DNA of 63,140 bases, counting the filler, from Asterionella formosa (lineage: Eukaryota), in assembly GCA_002256025.1 (NCBI GenBank). It is 10 parts of 10 records of this genome, joined end to end, with 100 filler letters (N's around TTAATTAATTAA, not from the genome) between each part and the next. Parts side by side here need not be neighbours in the genome. Positions count along the whole stretch, not along the records: positions 1 to 25,046 come from NKIB01002085.1; 9 more parts are not named here. One strand, written 5' to 3'. Both the position numbers and the translations under genes were made by a program. The first letter of the stretch is position 1. Each line of letters begins with the position of its first letter. Below the pieces are notes generated by a model, which did no database searches, was not told where the DNA came from, and was given only the letters and a program-made list of their open reading frames with translations. Positions 11,701 to 25,146 of the stretch are shown in pieces.

Positions 11701-13442
11701 TCTCGGGGGATTCTGATGACTCTGATGACTTGCCACCACTTTCCCCGGCCGAGCAAGCGGAAAACGAGAATTTCGGGCACGGATACTGTGGACCGGTCAT
11801 GGATGACATAGATGCTAAACGCTTGCTTGTCCTTATGGGACACGCCTCAACTTGCCCAGGTAGACACAAAAATGCAAAACACCGCGATGTTTGCAACAGC
11901 ACGAAATATCTCATGCTACACATTCGTGATTGTCCTGGTACTACTGCAACCTTTGACATATGTCCTTTTCCCTGGTGCCGAAAAGTCAAACATTTGCTAT
12001 ATCATTTGGTGTCGTGTCAAAATCCGGAAGAGTGTATGATCTGCAACAAAGAAGGGCTATCGAAGAATCTCTATTTACTTTCCAGTCTTAATGATTACAG
12101 GAGACAAAAGCAAAACGAGCGCATAAAAGCTGCTATGGCCGCAGCAAAAGCTAAACCGAAGAACTTGATCAGACCGGGGCTTCAAAGAAAGCCTATTCCC
12201 ATGAATATATCGAAAGAGCCAACAAACAAGCCTTTGCCATGTGCGCGACCTGTCACTGCACAAATTCCACCGCTTCCACTACTGTCAGGGCCGAACCCGG
12301 GTCCATCCCCAATGGCAACAACTACTCCTTCGATATTTGCGTCAGCTCAACGGACCACGACGATCAATGGCGTACATCCGGCTGGAACGGCTCTTCTTAA
12401 CGCAAACATGCAGTCGATACCGAAACCTTCAATTGTTGTGTCATCTGTGACAAAAGTGGCTGCAACCCTACCTCTGGTAAGAGCGCCTGATGCGGTATCG
12501 TCTGCTGTTCCAACCTTGGGATTGTCAGTCAACAATGCTGTATGTGTAGATCTACAAACAAAGCAGAGACAAGCCGACCTAATTGGAAACAGTGCTGAAG
12601 TTGACTTGATTGCAACCAGTGTTGAAGTTGACCTGATTGCAACCAGTGCTGAAGTTCACTTGACTAGACTGTCGCCAGTCCCTAATCCCACGACAAGTTT
12701 GGAGAATGTGGTGACAGTGTCTTTGGAAGACGTTGTGCAGGTCGACAAGATGACCTCTATTGCTCCTGAATTGACCTCAGCGTCCCTGATTGAATCTAGC
12801 GTTTGCGCACCTTCTACCGCCTTTGACGAGGCCAAATCTTCACTAGACGCCCATACAGTGGTTGCATGTCTGGAAGCAAACTTTGAAAGCGCTGCTGCAA
12901 CTCAACCAACTGAAGACCTAGTAGAACTCTCTGTCGCCTCTGCTGGTATTACCGTTGCCGAAATGTTTCATGTAAGTGATCTCACCAGTGCGTTTTCAAG
13001 TGGCACGAGTCCCTCCCTCATGGAAGGCACTTTCACGGAATGTGTTCAATTTTCATCGGAACAGGCGAACAGCACGCAAAATTCTGTTTCCGTTAATGGT
13101 GAAGTCATGGACGCCACTACCGTCAAGACAGAGAGCTCAACTGCGCCATCCGTTGATGTGGTGAACGTAGTATCGTCGTTTCCAAAAATGAGGCACGAAG
13201 GTTCACAAACAAAGGCTGCAGCCCTAATGCTACCTCACTTACCACCAATTGTAGCTGACGATGAAGCCGCTGAAGCATCTGAGTGTTCCAGCACAGACGT
13301 TGAAGTCGCCGAGGCCTCTCAAATCATGTGTATATCAGCAAGTGGTGCTCTCGATGCACAGGTGAACATAGAGGGTTCCACAGGAAGTACTGGTATCGAG
13401 CAATCTGACAAGAAAGCCCAAACAGTGGAAATTGAATGCTGA
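8771..13442 (+). CDS. TAZ zinc-finger / C4 zinc-ribbon nuclear protein; join(8771..8881, 9520..11349, 11418..13442)
   Basis: Phase-0 GT-AG introns at 8882-9519 (GTGAGT donor, CTAAC branch point, TGTAG acceptor) and 11350-11417. The motif CALC...CPKC sits at the end of exon 2. TAZ-like region: RLLVLMGHASTC..C..HIRDC..C..WC..HLVSC. Basic NLS KRLRKLRRSKKKRR. The first exon is inferred. Confidence 0.75.
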
Positions 13443-14223
13443 ATATGCTTACATCATTGGGGTGCATATTAGGTATCTTTGCACAACTCGGGGAAGGGAC
13501 GACGCACTTACTTTGGGATTCGTTCGTGCGCTGTACCAATGTTCGTCCGTTTTATATAATGGCCATTCCTCATGGCATACATAATTGCTATTGTCTAGGC
13601 GCTAAGAAGCTAAGCTAATTGATTATTCGAATGTGACCTTGTCATGACGACAATCGTTTCGCGTAGCGAAATCAAGGAAAACACTTGTCTATTATTCCTT
13701 TGCTTAAATTGTAAATGAGCCATAGCGGTACCTGATACCGGGACATAGTAGACTACCGGTACACAATCTGTCACAAGTGCTTCGTGATGAATGAAGTATC
13801 CTCGAACTCCATGCTTGTTTTCTCCCATAATAGAATGAAATGCGGCCGACAAGATACTTTCCATGATGAAAGATTTGCCAGACGGTTTGTTTAGGTGTGT
13901 ATATAATGATTTTGTCATTTATGTATTTTACATATTTTCCGGTACCGGAGAATAGAATACAAGGTAAAAAAAGCAGACAAATGCAAAAATTGAAAATATG
14001 TACCGGAGCCGTCGTGGTCGATATTGTTGTCATGAACGATTGTCTTCAAATGATTTACATCTTACAGATGTATGAATGTTGACGAATACAAATATTCATG
14101 TACGAATATCGATTAAACCATTGACACATGAATGTTTTTGTTCGAGTATTTTCATGTAACAATGTTATCCAAGGGCTTCAACTATAATGAAATACAGAAA
14201 ACTACTTTCATTCAAAACTTGCC

Positions 14224-14935
14224 ATGAAGAGAGATGTTGGAGCGGTCACAATGTTTGCAATCCTGGTGCGTTCGGGTGCATTTCTTCTTGTCCCCAGACA
14301 ACTCAAAACTGCTGCTTTCATGAAGTACCACTGTCGGTTCATGACAGTAGACAACAACGACCGAAAAAGTGTTTCAGGTATTGTTTACGAAGCTTCCACA
14401 GCTGACTCACCAACGATTCGATTGTTTACCAAAGTGGGATGCACTTTGTGTGACAAGGTGAAAGATGTACGTATCATTTGATAGTGTGCGCTGTTTAGTA
14501 TACCGGTAGTCAATTTTCCATTTGCGATTGCATTAGATTCTGTTCTTTTTTGGAAGGACATTATGTGTCATGTTTCTCATGTACGTCTCGTTGCCTCGCC
14601 TGCATTGCGTCGTACTTTCTCTCAATGTGAAGGTGCTGGCGTCTGTTGAACCTGAGCTCCCACATCGACTTGTGGCAGTAGATATTACGGATGACGAAAA
14701 CTCAGAATGGTTCTCGAAGTATAAATATGATATCCCTGTATTGCATGTTGGCGATAAATACTGGGTCAAACATCGATTGTCACCAGAGGACGCAAGAGAA
14801 GGGCTTGCCAAGGCTCGTAGTAACTCTTTTAACACAGCGAATGAAGGAGAACCTGATGCTGGTAAAATGGAGAGACGGCAAGCTGAGCGAGCGAAGCAAA
14901 AGTCGGCCGACAATAATGAATTTCTAAACGCATAG
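14224..14935 (+). CDS. Glutaredoxin-like (DUF836-type) protein; join(14224..14466, 14633..14935)
   Basis: Spliced product reads RLFTKVGCTLCDKVKD|VLASV..VDI..W..KYKYDIPVLHV..KHRL, a CxxC thioredoxin fold. The GT-AG intron at 14467-14632 is in frame. Confidence 0.8.
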
Positions 14936-14977
14936 TTCAATAATTCTCAAGTAGACTACAATTTACTGTGTTCTACA

Positions 14978-17900
14978 CTATTCATTTCCTTCAACTCCAT
15001 CAACAGCATCGTCTTCCTGTCCTTCGTCGCCTTCGTCAATTGTCGCCTCACCTCGAGGCTGCTTAGCAATCATCTCGTCATTAATTTCTCCGTCTGGTGC
15101 AGAACGTTTGATGCTTAAAGAGCTGCCAAACAGAGGCTTCGCTTGGACTGCGCCACCGCCAAAGGGACTACCAGTGAATGCACCAAATGGACTCGCTGTA
15201 AGTGGCTGAGGATTGGATGGAGTTGGTAATATAATTGGCCCCGACGTTGATCCAAAAGTAAAGGGAGCTGCATTTGAACTAGGGGGCTTCATATTTGTCA
15301 GAAAGGCGCCGGTCGATGGAAGAGACGACTCAGGTACACCAATTCCAGAAAATCCGCTTGTAGATTGGATGGAGGTACTGCTATCAAAAGTATGAGATGC
15401 CGCGGTAGGTGCACCAAAAGAGGAGTTTCCAAAGGTTTTTGAGCTTGTTCCGAATGGAGTCACTGATCCAAACACTTTGCCAAACACCATTGGGGGGACA
15501 ATCTTTGCTTCTTCAACGGCTACTTCCCCAATGGTTGTTGAGGGATTCACTTGGGGTACTTTTTCAATAGTGTCAGCGGTGGATATTGTGACATCCATTG
15601 GCTTTGTTGTCTTGGCCACTGGCTCATCAATATTGGGTGCGACTTTATTAGTTTCTTCAGTCTTTACCTTCTTTGCTGATGGCTCTTGTGGCTCCCCCGG
15701 AATGAAACCAAAGGTTGACATTTCAGAGTTTGCCACAGGTTCTGCTTGCTTTCCTTCGTCCTTCACCTGTGTGGATATAGGAACTGCTCCAAGACGGTCG
15801 GCTTTGGATTCGATAACTGTGTTGACGTCGGTTTTCTTCTCCTGATCGTCAGCTTTCTCGTCCCCAATAGTGGTATCGATGGGGCTTTTAGAAAGTTGCG
15901 CTTGCTTCTGAGCCTTTGCTTCTGCAAGCTTACGCTTCTTTTCGTTGAGTTTTGCTATCAAGGCCTTCTTCTTCATTGCCTCTGAGTCATCACCTCCGGT
16001 TTGCAAGTCAGCCTTTTCCCGCATCGGAGAATTAGGGCGAACAGGAGAAGGCTTGATGCTCATGTTCGGCAATTCTTGCTTTGGGACACCATCACCCTCT
16101 ATTTTGCCTTGAGGCGTTGTTCCCTTCGTGGACACGGGAGGAGAAGTTTTCGACTGAAGCGAATCTGGAGGCGTTGCTAACTTCGTGGTCGTCGGAAGGG
16201 AAGCTTTCGTCTGGAGCAAATCTTGAGTCGTTGCCGCCTTCATGGCCACGGGAAGTGGAGCTTTCGTCTGGAGCAAATCTTGAGTCGTTGCCGCCTTCAT
16301 GGCCACGGGAAGTGGAGCTTCCGTCTGGAGCAAATCTGGAGTGACTCCTACCTTTGTGGCTGGTGGAAGTGGAGCTTTCGTCTGGAGCAAATCTGGAGTG
16401 GCTCCTGTCTTTGTGGCTACGGGAAGTGGAGCTTTCGCCTGAACAAAATCTGGGGTGGTTGCGGCCTTTGCAGCTACGGGAACAGGAACATTCGTCTGGA
16501 GAAAATCTTGAGTCGTTCCCGCCTTTGGGGCCACAGAGATTGGAGCTGTCGTCTGAAGCAAACTGGAAGTCTCTTCAGTATTTTTGTCAAGGGGAGTTCG
16601 TTTTCCTCCAGGTGCAAATTTAAATCCACCTTCGGGAACAGTGGGACGGTCGTCCTTGGCTTCTTGATTGGGAGTAGTCGCCTTCATCTCTTTAGGGATA
16701 ACTTGGGCTTTTCCTTTTTCGGTTTCCTTATTTGCAGCTGTTTTTTCGGGTAAAGGTGACTTTACCGCGGTAATAGCGGGCGTCGTGGTGATGATGGGTT
16801 TAGTAGCTGTTTCTGTCACAGTCACTGGAGGTACTGATGCAAGTGCCTTCTCAAGTTCGTCAATTTTTGCTGTTTGTTTATTTAGAATATCCTGGAATTG
16901 CCGCATTCGTTTTTTAAGCATTTCATTTCTTTGATGAGCACCCTCCATTTCTGTCTTATCCGATTTTGCATCGGACTCCATTTTTTGGATTTTCTCCTTC
17001 AATTGGTCACGTTCCTTAATCATTTCGATAGATGCTGAAGACTTTTTCGCAGCAGCGTCCTTTTCTGCTCTCGTTTTGACGAGTAAGGCCGCCTGTTTCT
17101 CTGCCATCGCTTTCTGTTGAGAAAGATCCTTGTTAAGTTTTGCCAGGGCAGATTTTGCGCCTGCTGTTTCCTTCTCGGCGTGTACTACTTTTGCTTTCAG
17201 AGAAGCGGTCTCTTCTTTGAGTCCTTCAACTTGGCTGACAACTTTGTTATGCTCATCGGGGTCGATCTAGAATTGACAACGAGTGAATTCATAGTTAACC
17301 GGCGATCAAAATATAAAAACTCAGAGCACGTACCGTATTAAATTTCGAGACCATGCTGTGTAGTCTCCCCTTCCACGTTTCCAGTTCTCTCTTAAGACTG
17401 CTATTCTCAGCTGAAAGTGCAGCCTTCTGAATTTCAAGTTCTCCTTGATTCTCCTCAAAAGGTTTAAGTTTGCTCCTCATATCATCCAGTTCAGATTGTG
17501 TTTTATTCAAAGAAGTTTCTAGTTTTGTCATCTCCGCGCGAAGGAGCTGGTTGCTTTCACTGAGGAGAATCAATTGCATGTCAGCATTCTTCAGTTTTTC
17601 GATTTGATCGGCGTCCCTAGAAGTATGACCGGCAACAAACTCTTTGTCTTGGAGAACCTTTATCTCTGCTCGTGCTTCCTCGAGACAACGCTTAACGGCA
17701 ACAGTTGCAGCTCGCTCGCGTTCTGCAGTTCGGCGAGCCGCATCTACCTGGGCCTGAATTAGCTCGTGCTCACCCCGCATGTACCTGACCACTTCCCGCA
17801 GTTCTGAAATAGTCTTTTGAAGTTCACCGGCTTCGTCTAACCCTACTGTTGTCCCGTCTTCACCAGCTGCAGCCTCAATTCGCGCAGCTTGGCTCATCTC

Positions 17901-20900
17901 TACTTGCTCGGCAAGGGTAGCCAACTGCTTATGCAAAACATTGTTTTGCCCTCGAGTTTCTTGCAAAAGATTTTCTGCCTCTTTCATAGACGATTCGATC
18001 ATCTTCTTTTCCTCCTCTGCAGTCATCTCTTTCTCTGCAATCGTAGCCTGTAACTTTTCGAAGCTCTCGTCGGCGACTCTCCGCAGGTTTTGTTCCATCA
18101 TGACCGTCTCGTTCGCCTTTCGGAGTTCAGTTCGCGCCATGGCATGCAGGTTGAGCTCACGCTCATAATCATTCTTCAATGGAAAACAATCACAATCTAG
18201 TTAGTCTTTTAAATCTGCCAAGGAAATATAGTTTTGTATCCACATATAATTGAAATGTTCGTACCTGTGCTTGACTAAGTTCTGATCGATACTTTTCCAT
18301 CTCTATCGCCAATGAATCCGCTCGTAGCGTGGCACTTTCGGAGTCTTTTTTGGCGTTTACAACTTCATCTGTCAACGCAGTAATTTTGTTCTGTAACTTC
18401 TCCATCTCGATCTCTTGGTCACTTCGACGTTTCGTAAGGTCATTTGTAAGTTCAATAATTAGGTCTTGCTTCGCTTGGTTCTCTTTCTTTAGGACGTCAA
18501 TTCTCCTTGTTAGTTCTTCGATCTCAGCAGCGCAGCTACTCTTGAAAGCTTCTGTCGCTTTCGTTAAATCCCCAAGAGCGTCTTCGCTGGCCTTTGAGAT
18601 TTTCTGGAATTCAGACACTCTCGTGTTTGCTGCCGTCAAGTCCAATTTGGTTTGTTCCAACTCTCCAATTACGACTTCGAGCCTTGCCCCCAGTGTCACT
18701 TCAGCATCATCCACATCCACATCTCCTAACTTCCTCTTCGCAGATGCAAGTTGAGATTGAAGCTTATCACACTTTGAAGTGAGAATGTTTAATGCAGTAG
18801 TTGATGCGAGTGATTCTTCTTTTGCAGCGACGAGTTCTGTGAGGGCTCCGTCCTTCTTCGACTCGATTGACTTGATTTCAACCTCCAAATCTCTGATGCT
18901 ATTTTGCATGTTCTCCATTTCCACGGTATACTTGGATCGTTCAGCTTCCAGTAGCTGCGATATGCGGTCGTGAGAATCCTTGAGCTTTTCTTTCTCTTCG
19001 TCGTTCCTTGCGGCCATTCCTGCTTCAATCTTCCTAACACTTTCCACAAGGCTGCCTTGACGAGCGAGCTCGGACCGCACTTGACTGAGCTCAACATTGA
19101 GGCGAAGCTCGGAAGACTTGGCTGTTTGAGATTGTGCTTCAGCAAGTCGTTGTTTGCGTTCTGCTTCACGAGCTTGACTTTCATACTTGACAACCTCTGC
19201 ACCAGCAGCAACCAAACTCTGTTGAAGGCGAGCATTTAGTTTCTGTAATTCCATTTTCCCCTCTTTAGTTTTCTGAATCTCATCTCGAACAGAATCGAGA
19301 CTTTCTTCAACACGTACGCACTTGTCGCGGAAATATCCGCCTTCTGCTTGGCTTCGTGCAGCCGCTGACAGAGCCGACGACAACTCGTTTTGTAATTTGC
19401 CTATCGACGAAGCAAGCTCGGATGTATGAGCATCATATCGTGCAATTCTCTCTTCCAAACTGTCCCTGTCATTTTTGATCAACATCACTTCAGTTTGCAC
19501 TTTTGCCAAATCTTGTTCCAAGCGCATGTTGCGCTCTTCGACAGTCTTAGTTTGTTCGGTATGTTGAGCAACAACCAACTGAGAGACAGCAACCTCGCCA
19601 ATGGAGTCACCATGCTTCGCCAACAATGCACGGTAGAGATCTCTTTGTTGAACGATTCCAGAGACAAGAATTTCTTGACGTTGGCGGTGTTCGCGTAACA
19701 ACTCGACTTCCTTTTCTGCTTCCTCGAGGAGCAACGTCGTCCTGTCGTTACGTAATTTTTCTTGCAGATCTTCGATCGAAAAAGTCATCCTGGCATGCTC
19801 CCCAATCAGCTTGAGGTTCTGAGCTTGAATTTCCTCCACCGAAACAGGGATGCCTGAGGGGACAGTACCGCCAGTTTTGCTCGTCAACAGAGCCTGTACT
19901 TGTTTGGCTAGCTCTCTGGTTTGCAGCTTCAGGGTGTTTCTTTCCGTTTCCAACCGTGATGTTACTACTCTCGATTCTTCGGAATCTTTCCGAACTGCGT
20001 ACAGCTCTTGAAGCGCTTCTTGAAGTCGACCTTGCACTTCATCGAGTTGCTCCATTGCTCGTTCATGTTCTTGTCGCTGGCGCTGCAGCAAGGGTGTCTT
20101 GGCGGCAATGTCGGCGTGAACCCTTTGGTAGATTAGCTCTGCTTTCTTGCGCTTGATGCGTTCAGCATTGAGCTCATCTTCCGTGGCGTTTAGTTTGGCG
20201 TACAGATCCGTTAAGCTCATAGGTTCATCATTTTCAGCTTCGGTCAACTGTCGGCTCGATCGCTTGTGGGGCGATCCCAACAATCCATCTTCAGCCTCGT
20301 CGCGGGCACGATTCGCATCGTCGAGCTTTTTCTTGAGAGCAGAAATTTCTTTCTGATGGGCCATTTGCAGGTCCTTCACTACCTTCTCGGAGTCAGAAAT
20401 GATCGTCGCATTGATTTCATCAACTTGCTTCTGTGTGTCATCGGATGCTTGCATGGCCAGAGAGCGAAGAGCATCAAGTTCTTTTTCTAATCTTTTATAC
20501 CGGCTCTCACTACGATCAAGTTGCTCTTTCAGCATTTCTATCAATCGTCTCTCAGCAATGAGCTCCTTCTCTGCGGATTCGTCTGCAGCTGCTGCCTCTA
20601 GTCGGTGGATACGAAGATCGGAGGCCAGTTTTTCCGCCCGATTCACGTATTCCTGGTTAGATCTTTCCAGCTGCAAAATTCTAGATTCGTTGTCATCTCG
20701 ATCGGCGACAGATTGGTCTAAGGCGTCTCTTAGCTTGAGGAGTTCTGTGCTATGATCGAGTTTTAGTGATACCATGGCGTCGTTGCGACAAGCTAATTCC
20801 AGTTCCAACCAATTAGTATGGCTGGTGAGTGAATCAATCTCTTTCTGAAGACGTTCAACTTCATATTGCAAGGGAATAGCGGCTGAATCGTTTAGCTTGG

Positions 20901-21404
20901 CTTTTGTCTCTGACTCGACTAGCTTGTCGTTAAGATCCTTGTTGCCCTTTGTGAGGCGACTGAACGACAAGAAAACCGATCAATTTAATGAATTTTGACT
21001 CAAACGGCATTGTGTGAAGACCCACTGGTGAGATTGACTTACCTGATTTCTTCTCGAAGCTTGTCCCCTTCTTCTTCCAATCTCGTCAGTCGTTCCTGTT
21101 GCATCTTTTGTTGAGCTTCGGCAATCAAAGACTTTTCTTTCTCCATCTGACAATCTCGAGAAAGTTCTGCCTTTGATGCTTCAGCGTGGGTAAGTACATT
21201 TTGAAGCTCTGATGCTCTCTTCTCGAGAAAATTAGCTCTCTCGCTCTCCGATTGTGCTTTATCAAAAAGCTGGTCTCGTTCACGTTCCATGGCGACGTAA
21301 CGAGCTTCCAAGTCAGCCAGAAAGGCCTCCTTGTTTCGTTGATCAGAAACAGCAATTGTTTCCGACCATTCTGTCAGAGCGGACGAGTCTCCTCCCGTTT
21401 CCAT
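14978..21404 (-). CDS. TPR: Nuclear basket nucleoporin TPR/Mlp-like; join(21404..21043, 20959..18265, 18173..17334, 17266..14978), ~2060 aa
   Basis: Long coiled coil with TPR-type segments: MSLTDLY, KTPLLQRQRQE, VEEIQAQNLKL, QQRDLYRALL, NDYERELNLHA, ELREVVRYMR, WKGR..IDPDEH. Three frame-consistent GT-AG introns (83, 91 and 67 nt). Disordered C-terminal tail. Confidence 0.82.
16130..16560 (-). repeat. 60-bp coding tandem repeat (~7 copies, TTQDLLQTKAPLPVAMKAA-like) in the TPR tail
   Basis: GTCTGGAGCAAATC and variants recur at 60-nt spacing (e.g. ~16210, 16266-16270, 16323, 16380 region) and match a ~19-20-aa protein repeat. Confidence 0.85.
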
Positions 21405-23039
21405 GGTTAGCCTTCCGAAGGATTTCCAAGCTCGAAATGGGAAAGGAAAAGCGAGCAATGAATCGAAATGCAATGCAACAAATGACAAAACGCAAACAAG
21501 AAATATATGAATGATGTGTACTAGCCTTAAGACAGCGGTCAGGATAAAAAGTTTGAAGTCCCCACAGCACTCACCATTTTCCAACTACCGGTAGTCTACC
21601 GGTACCAGGGTAATAGGTACCGCTATCGTACATAGTCTACCAGGTTCTCCGGACGAGTACCTGGCAACAAAGGTATCGGGCCCAGCAGCTAAACGAGTTG
21701 TTGCTTGTTGAGTATGGTACCTGGTACCAGGGTACCTGGTACTGGTGTATATGATACCACCTACCGGTAGAGGTACCTGGTACCAGGTACCAGGTTTTAT
21801 GATAAGCCACTGCACCTGTCTCCTCTCAGCATCGGTGTCACCATTTGTCACTGACTGATGATACATACATAGATTTGATTGGTATCATGACGATGATGAA
21901 ATCGGCACCTTTGGGGTATATACCCCGTACCAGAGTTGTGGTAAAACTACCAGGTACGTACTCCCTCTGTCTAGTAACAGTTGCATCGATTCGCCGGCAC
22001 CACCAGTGTCTTTACTGTTCGCATATGAAGGATTATGTAGCCAACATACCAAATTTGTACGTGAGGGTCGGCTTAGTCGAGAAAATGCGTTTTTGGATGA
22101 GTTACATAGACGTGAACATATACTCGGTTTCTTTAATTAAAGAATTAGCATGTAAGTAAAATAATCGAAACCAATTTAACATACGCATATTCATTGCATA
22201 CATGTACATATCGCCAACTGCTGTTTCACATAGGCCGGCCAGTCAAATATTTGCGGGAAACCAAACACAACAAGCCACTATCATAATTATAACATGATTA
22301 GTATAATTGTCGTTTGGTATACTTTCTACGGTTGTTGCAATGCTCGAACCAGTCTTCTGTTTCTTAAAAGGTTGCTTTCGAAGTTAGCGGTTTTGATGAA
22401 ATAGTGATATCTTCATTCTTTTCAACTGCCACCAGGGCTTTTCTTGGTTTTGTGTGGGGATTGCCAATGGAGTTGCTATGTCACTCACATCCCAGGCCAC
22501 AGTAACAAACAACTGGTACTGAAACATAAAATATTGTGTTACCAATTGTAGTAACATGCAAATTTGACATTGTACTAGATTGCTGCCCTGGAATGACCGG
22601 GCTAGCAGTTCCTCCGTCTTGCACGATTCACTGCTCCTCATCCTTATTTTCATTTCACATGCATCAAATGCCCATAGTCAAAAATTTCCAGTTTTCCAGG
22701 TTTGCTATTAAAGCTAAAACTTGTTTTCATAGTTTTGCCGAGTTTTTTGAGGAGGCTGGTCAAAAAGACACTTCAGTTTTAAGCCTATTACTACATAGTA
22801 ATCATCGGTCAAGATTAATTTGATGGATTAATTTGATACCCCTAGTAAATATCAATTAAGACAACAAAGCTGGTGACTCTCCAAGAACATCCATGGTGGT
22901 ACCTTCTAAGACCATTACAGAGCTAAAAGCAACCTTTGGAGGCGTATTTGGATTCATTGGAGACCGTGTACCACTATAAGAGTCAATGGATGAGTTTGTC
23001 TGTACAAAAATAGTGACAGTATAGTGGGACGAACTAAAT

Positions 23040-24140
23040 TTATTAGCTTCGTAAGTTGTACTTTTTCTAGTCGAAATCAATCAAATCAAGTCGCCATTGA
23101 AGTAACGAAGTAATATTAAATCATTCTAAAAATGTGATTTATTTGACTTCGCTCATAGATTTGATTATCATACTAGCTAGTTCTTGTTGGCTCTTGGCAG
23201 TGGACCATTCATGTCCAGCTCCATTGCCACTACGGCGCTTTCGTGTTTGTTGGTTGTTGGCTGAAACTGTTGCTTATAGGCGACGCATTGCGGAGAAAGT
23301 CTATTTCTTGATGCTGTATATGACGTTGCTCTTTTGGTGCTTGTTGAATGATAGCATTGGATGATTTGGGTGACATTTCCGGTACCACTAGTACTACTGT
23401 GCTTGCGGGCTTGTTGGTTATTGTTTATAGTGGGCACTTTGTGAAAGCAAAATTTTCTTAATTTCGTAGATATCATTGCTATTGCGGCGCTTACTAGCTA
23501 CATGACGGCATTGGATCCTTTGGGTGAAAGTTCCATGAAGGCACTTGCTGGTTGTTGGACAAAGTGGACGCTTTCAACCCGTTGATTGGTGATTTTTGTT
23601 GTTTTCTGATAGCTGCATTCAATGATAGACAACTCTTTGATTTCCTTCTGTAGAATAGTCACCCTCTTGGCACGACATGGATCTATTTCTAGATCAACAG
23701 CACAGTGGAAAAGCGGAGCAAAACATACCAGTCAGCAGCAGAGCTCTTACTGTCGCTTGAATCAGGCTCATCATGGTGATGATACTTTGTATACCATGTG
23801 TAGCATCATTGTGATGTAACTACCGGTACATTAACATGACTTTCTTATGTCAAAACATAGCAGATCCAAAAGTCCGAAAAATAAGATTATTGTTTCTTCG
23901 CAATTTTCAACTTCTTCGTCTCTCAGCCAACCAAGGTCAAATTTCAGACTTAAGATTGCCGTAAATCTTTTACTTTTAAGTCTGAAATGTGACAAATACC
24001 AGATCTTAAAGTCCGAAATAGTAATATATTATTGTGCATTACTTCGCAATTTTCAACTTCTTCATCTCTCAGCCAGTCTAGGTCACATATCATACTTAAG
24101 ATTGCCGTATATCTATTATTTTTAAGTCTAAAATGTGACA
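23040..24140. repeat. Dispersed non-coding repeat family A, copy 1
   Basis: Several blocks are reverse-complement similar to 38640-39600, e.g. CAACAGCACAGTGGAAAAGCGGAGCAAAACATACCAG and TCTCAGCCAACCAAGGTCAAATTTCAGACTTAAG. It has an internal ~145-bp duplication at 23870-24140. Confidence 0.65.
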
Positions 24141-25046
24141 AAGAATGGCAAGCAAGCATATGAAGGAAATCGTTTTCCGATCAACCCCTCATTTCCTTTC
24201 TCTTGATTGCAGTGACGAAACAAAATTAATTTAGCTTTAAAAGGTGTGAAGAACTTAGAATTTTTTACCACCCAAATCAATTGCCCTTTGCTTTAGTTGC
24301 ATATGGTTTGAAGCACAAAATGTTGCATGTGTTTGTTCTGTGGCTACTGCTAGAGTTATGAATCGCTCATTCTGTCTGCCAGTATTTTCATTCAGACACT
24401 CCTCAGGCTACATATAACCTTCGGACACATGTCGTCATCAACAGCCTACCTAACAGACACATTCTGACAATGGTGGCTGATCTACAGGAGAGAGCACCCC
24501 ACATGCACCAATTATTTCTTTGTTATGGATGTCATCGACTTCTGTACATACATCGACTACCACCTAAAAACTGAGAGTCATATAAAGTTTACCCCATGTT
24601 TCGACTCAAACTATTTTAGTCAAATTTCATGGTGACAACAAATCAAGTACGTAGCTAAATGTAGAACAGGCTCTCCGCTTTCAATAGGTCTGTTTAATTA
24701 GTAATGAAGCTTCATAATTCAAGAGATATGAAGTTTTTAAAGTTGATGATTATGGTCGTTTTGTATGACTATCAATACATATTTTTTACTACGTACCTGA
24801 AGACAATTTTATATTCAAATTCTGGTTTCGATTACCCTATTGTTCACTCTAAAGCTTTTTCCTGCCACAATATTATTTGTCCGTTGCATCATCTACCCAT
24901 TTATTATTAATTGTTTTCATTTTTTAAACCTTAAATAATAATGCGTTTGCCTTTTAACTCAAATATTATTTCAGTTTTTGTGTCAATAATCTTACTTTCA
25001 TTCGTTTTGATGATGGTTTGATATAGATTTATATAGGGATTATTTA

Positions 25047-25146
25047 NNNNNNNNNNNNNNNNNNNNNNNNNNNNNNNNNNNNNNNNNNNNTTAATTAATT
25101 AANNNNNNNNNNNNNNNNNNNNNNNNNNNNNNNNNNNNNNNNNNNN
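25047..25146. other. Artificial contig linker; same linker at 50185, 51809, 53428, 55047, 56666, 58285, 59904 and 61523 (100 bp each)
   Basis: N44-TTAATTAATTAA-N44 gives stops in all six frames. The eight short contigs are all 1518-1524 bp. Confidence 0.97.
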
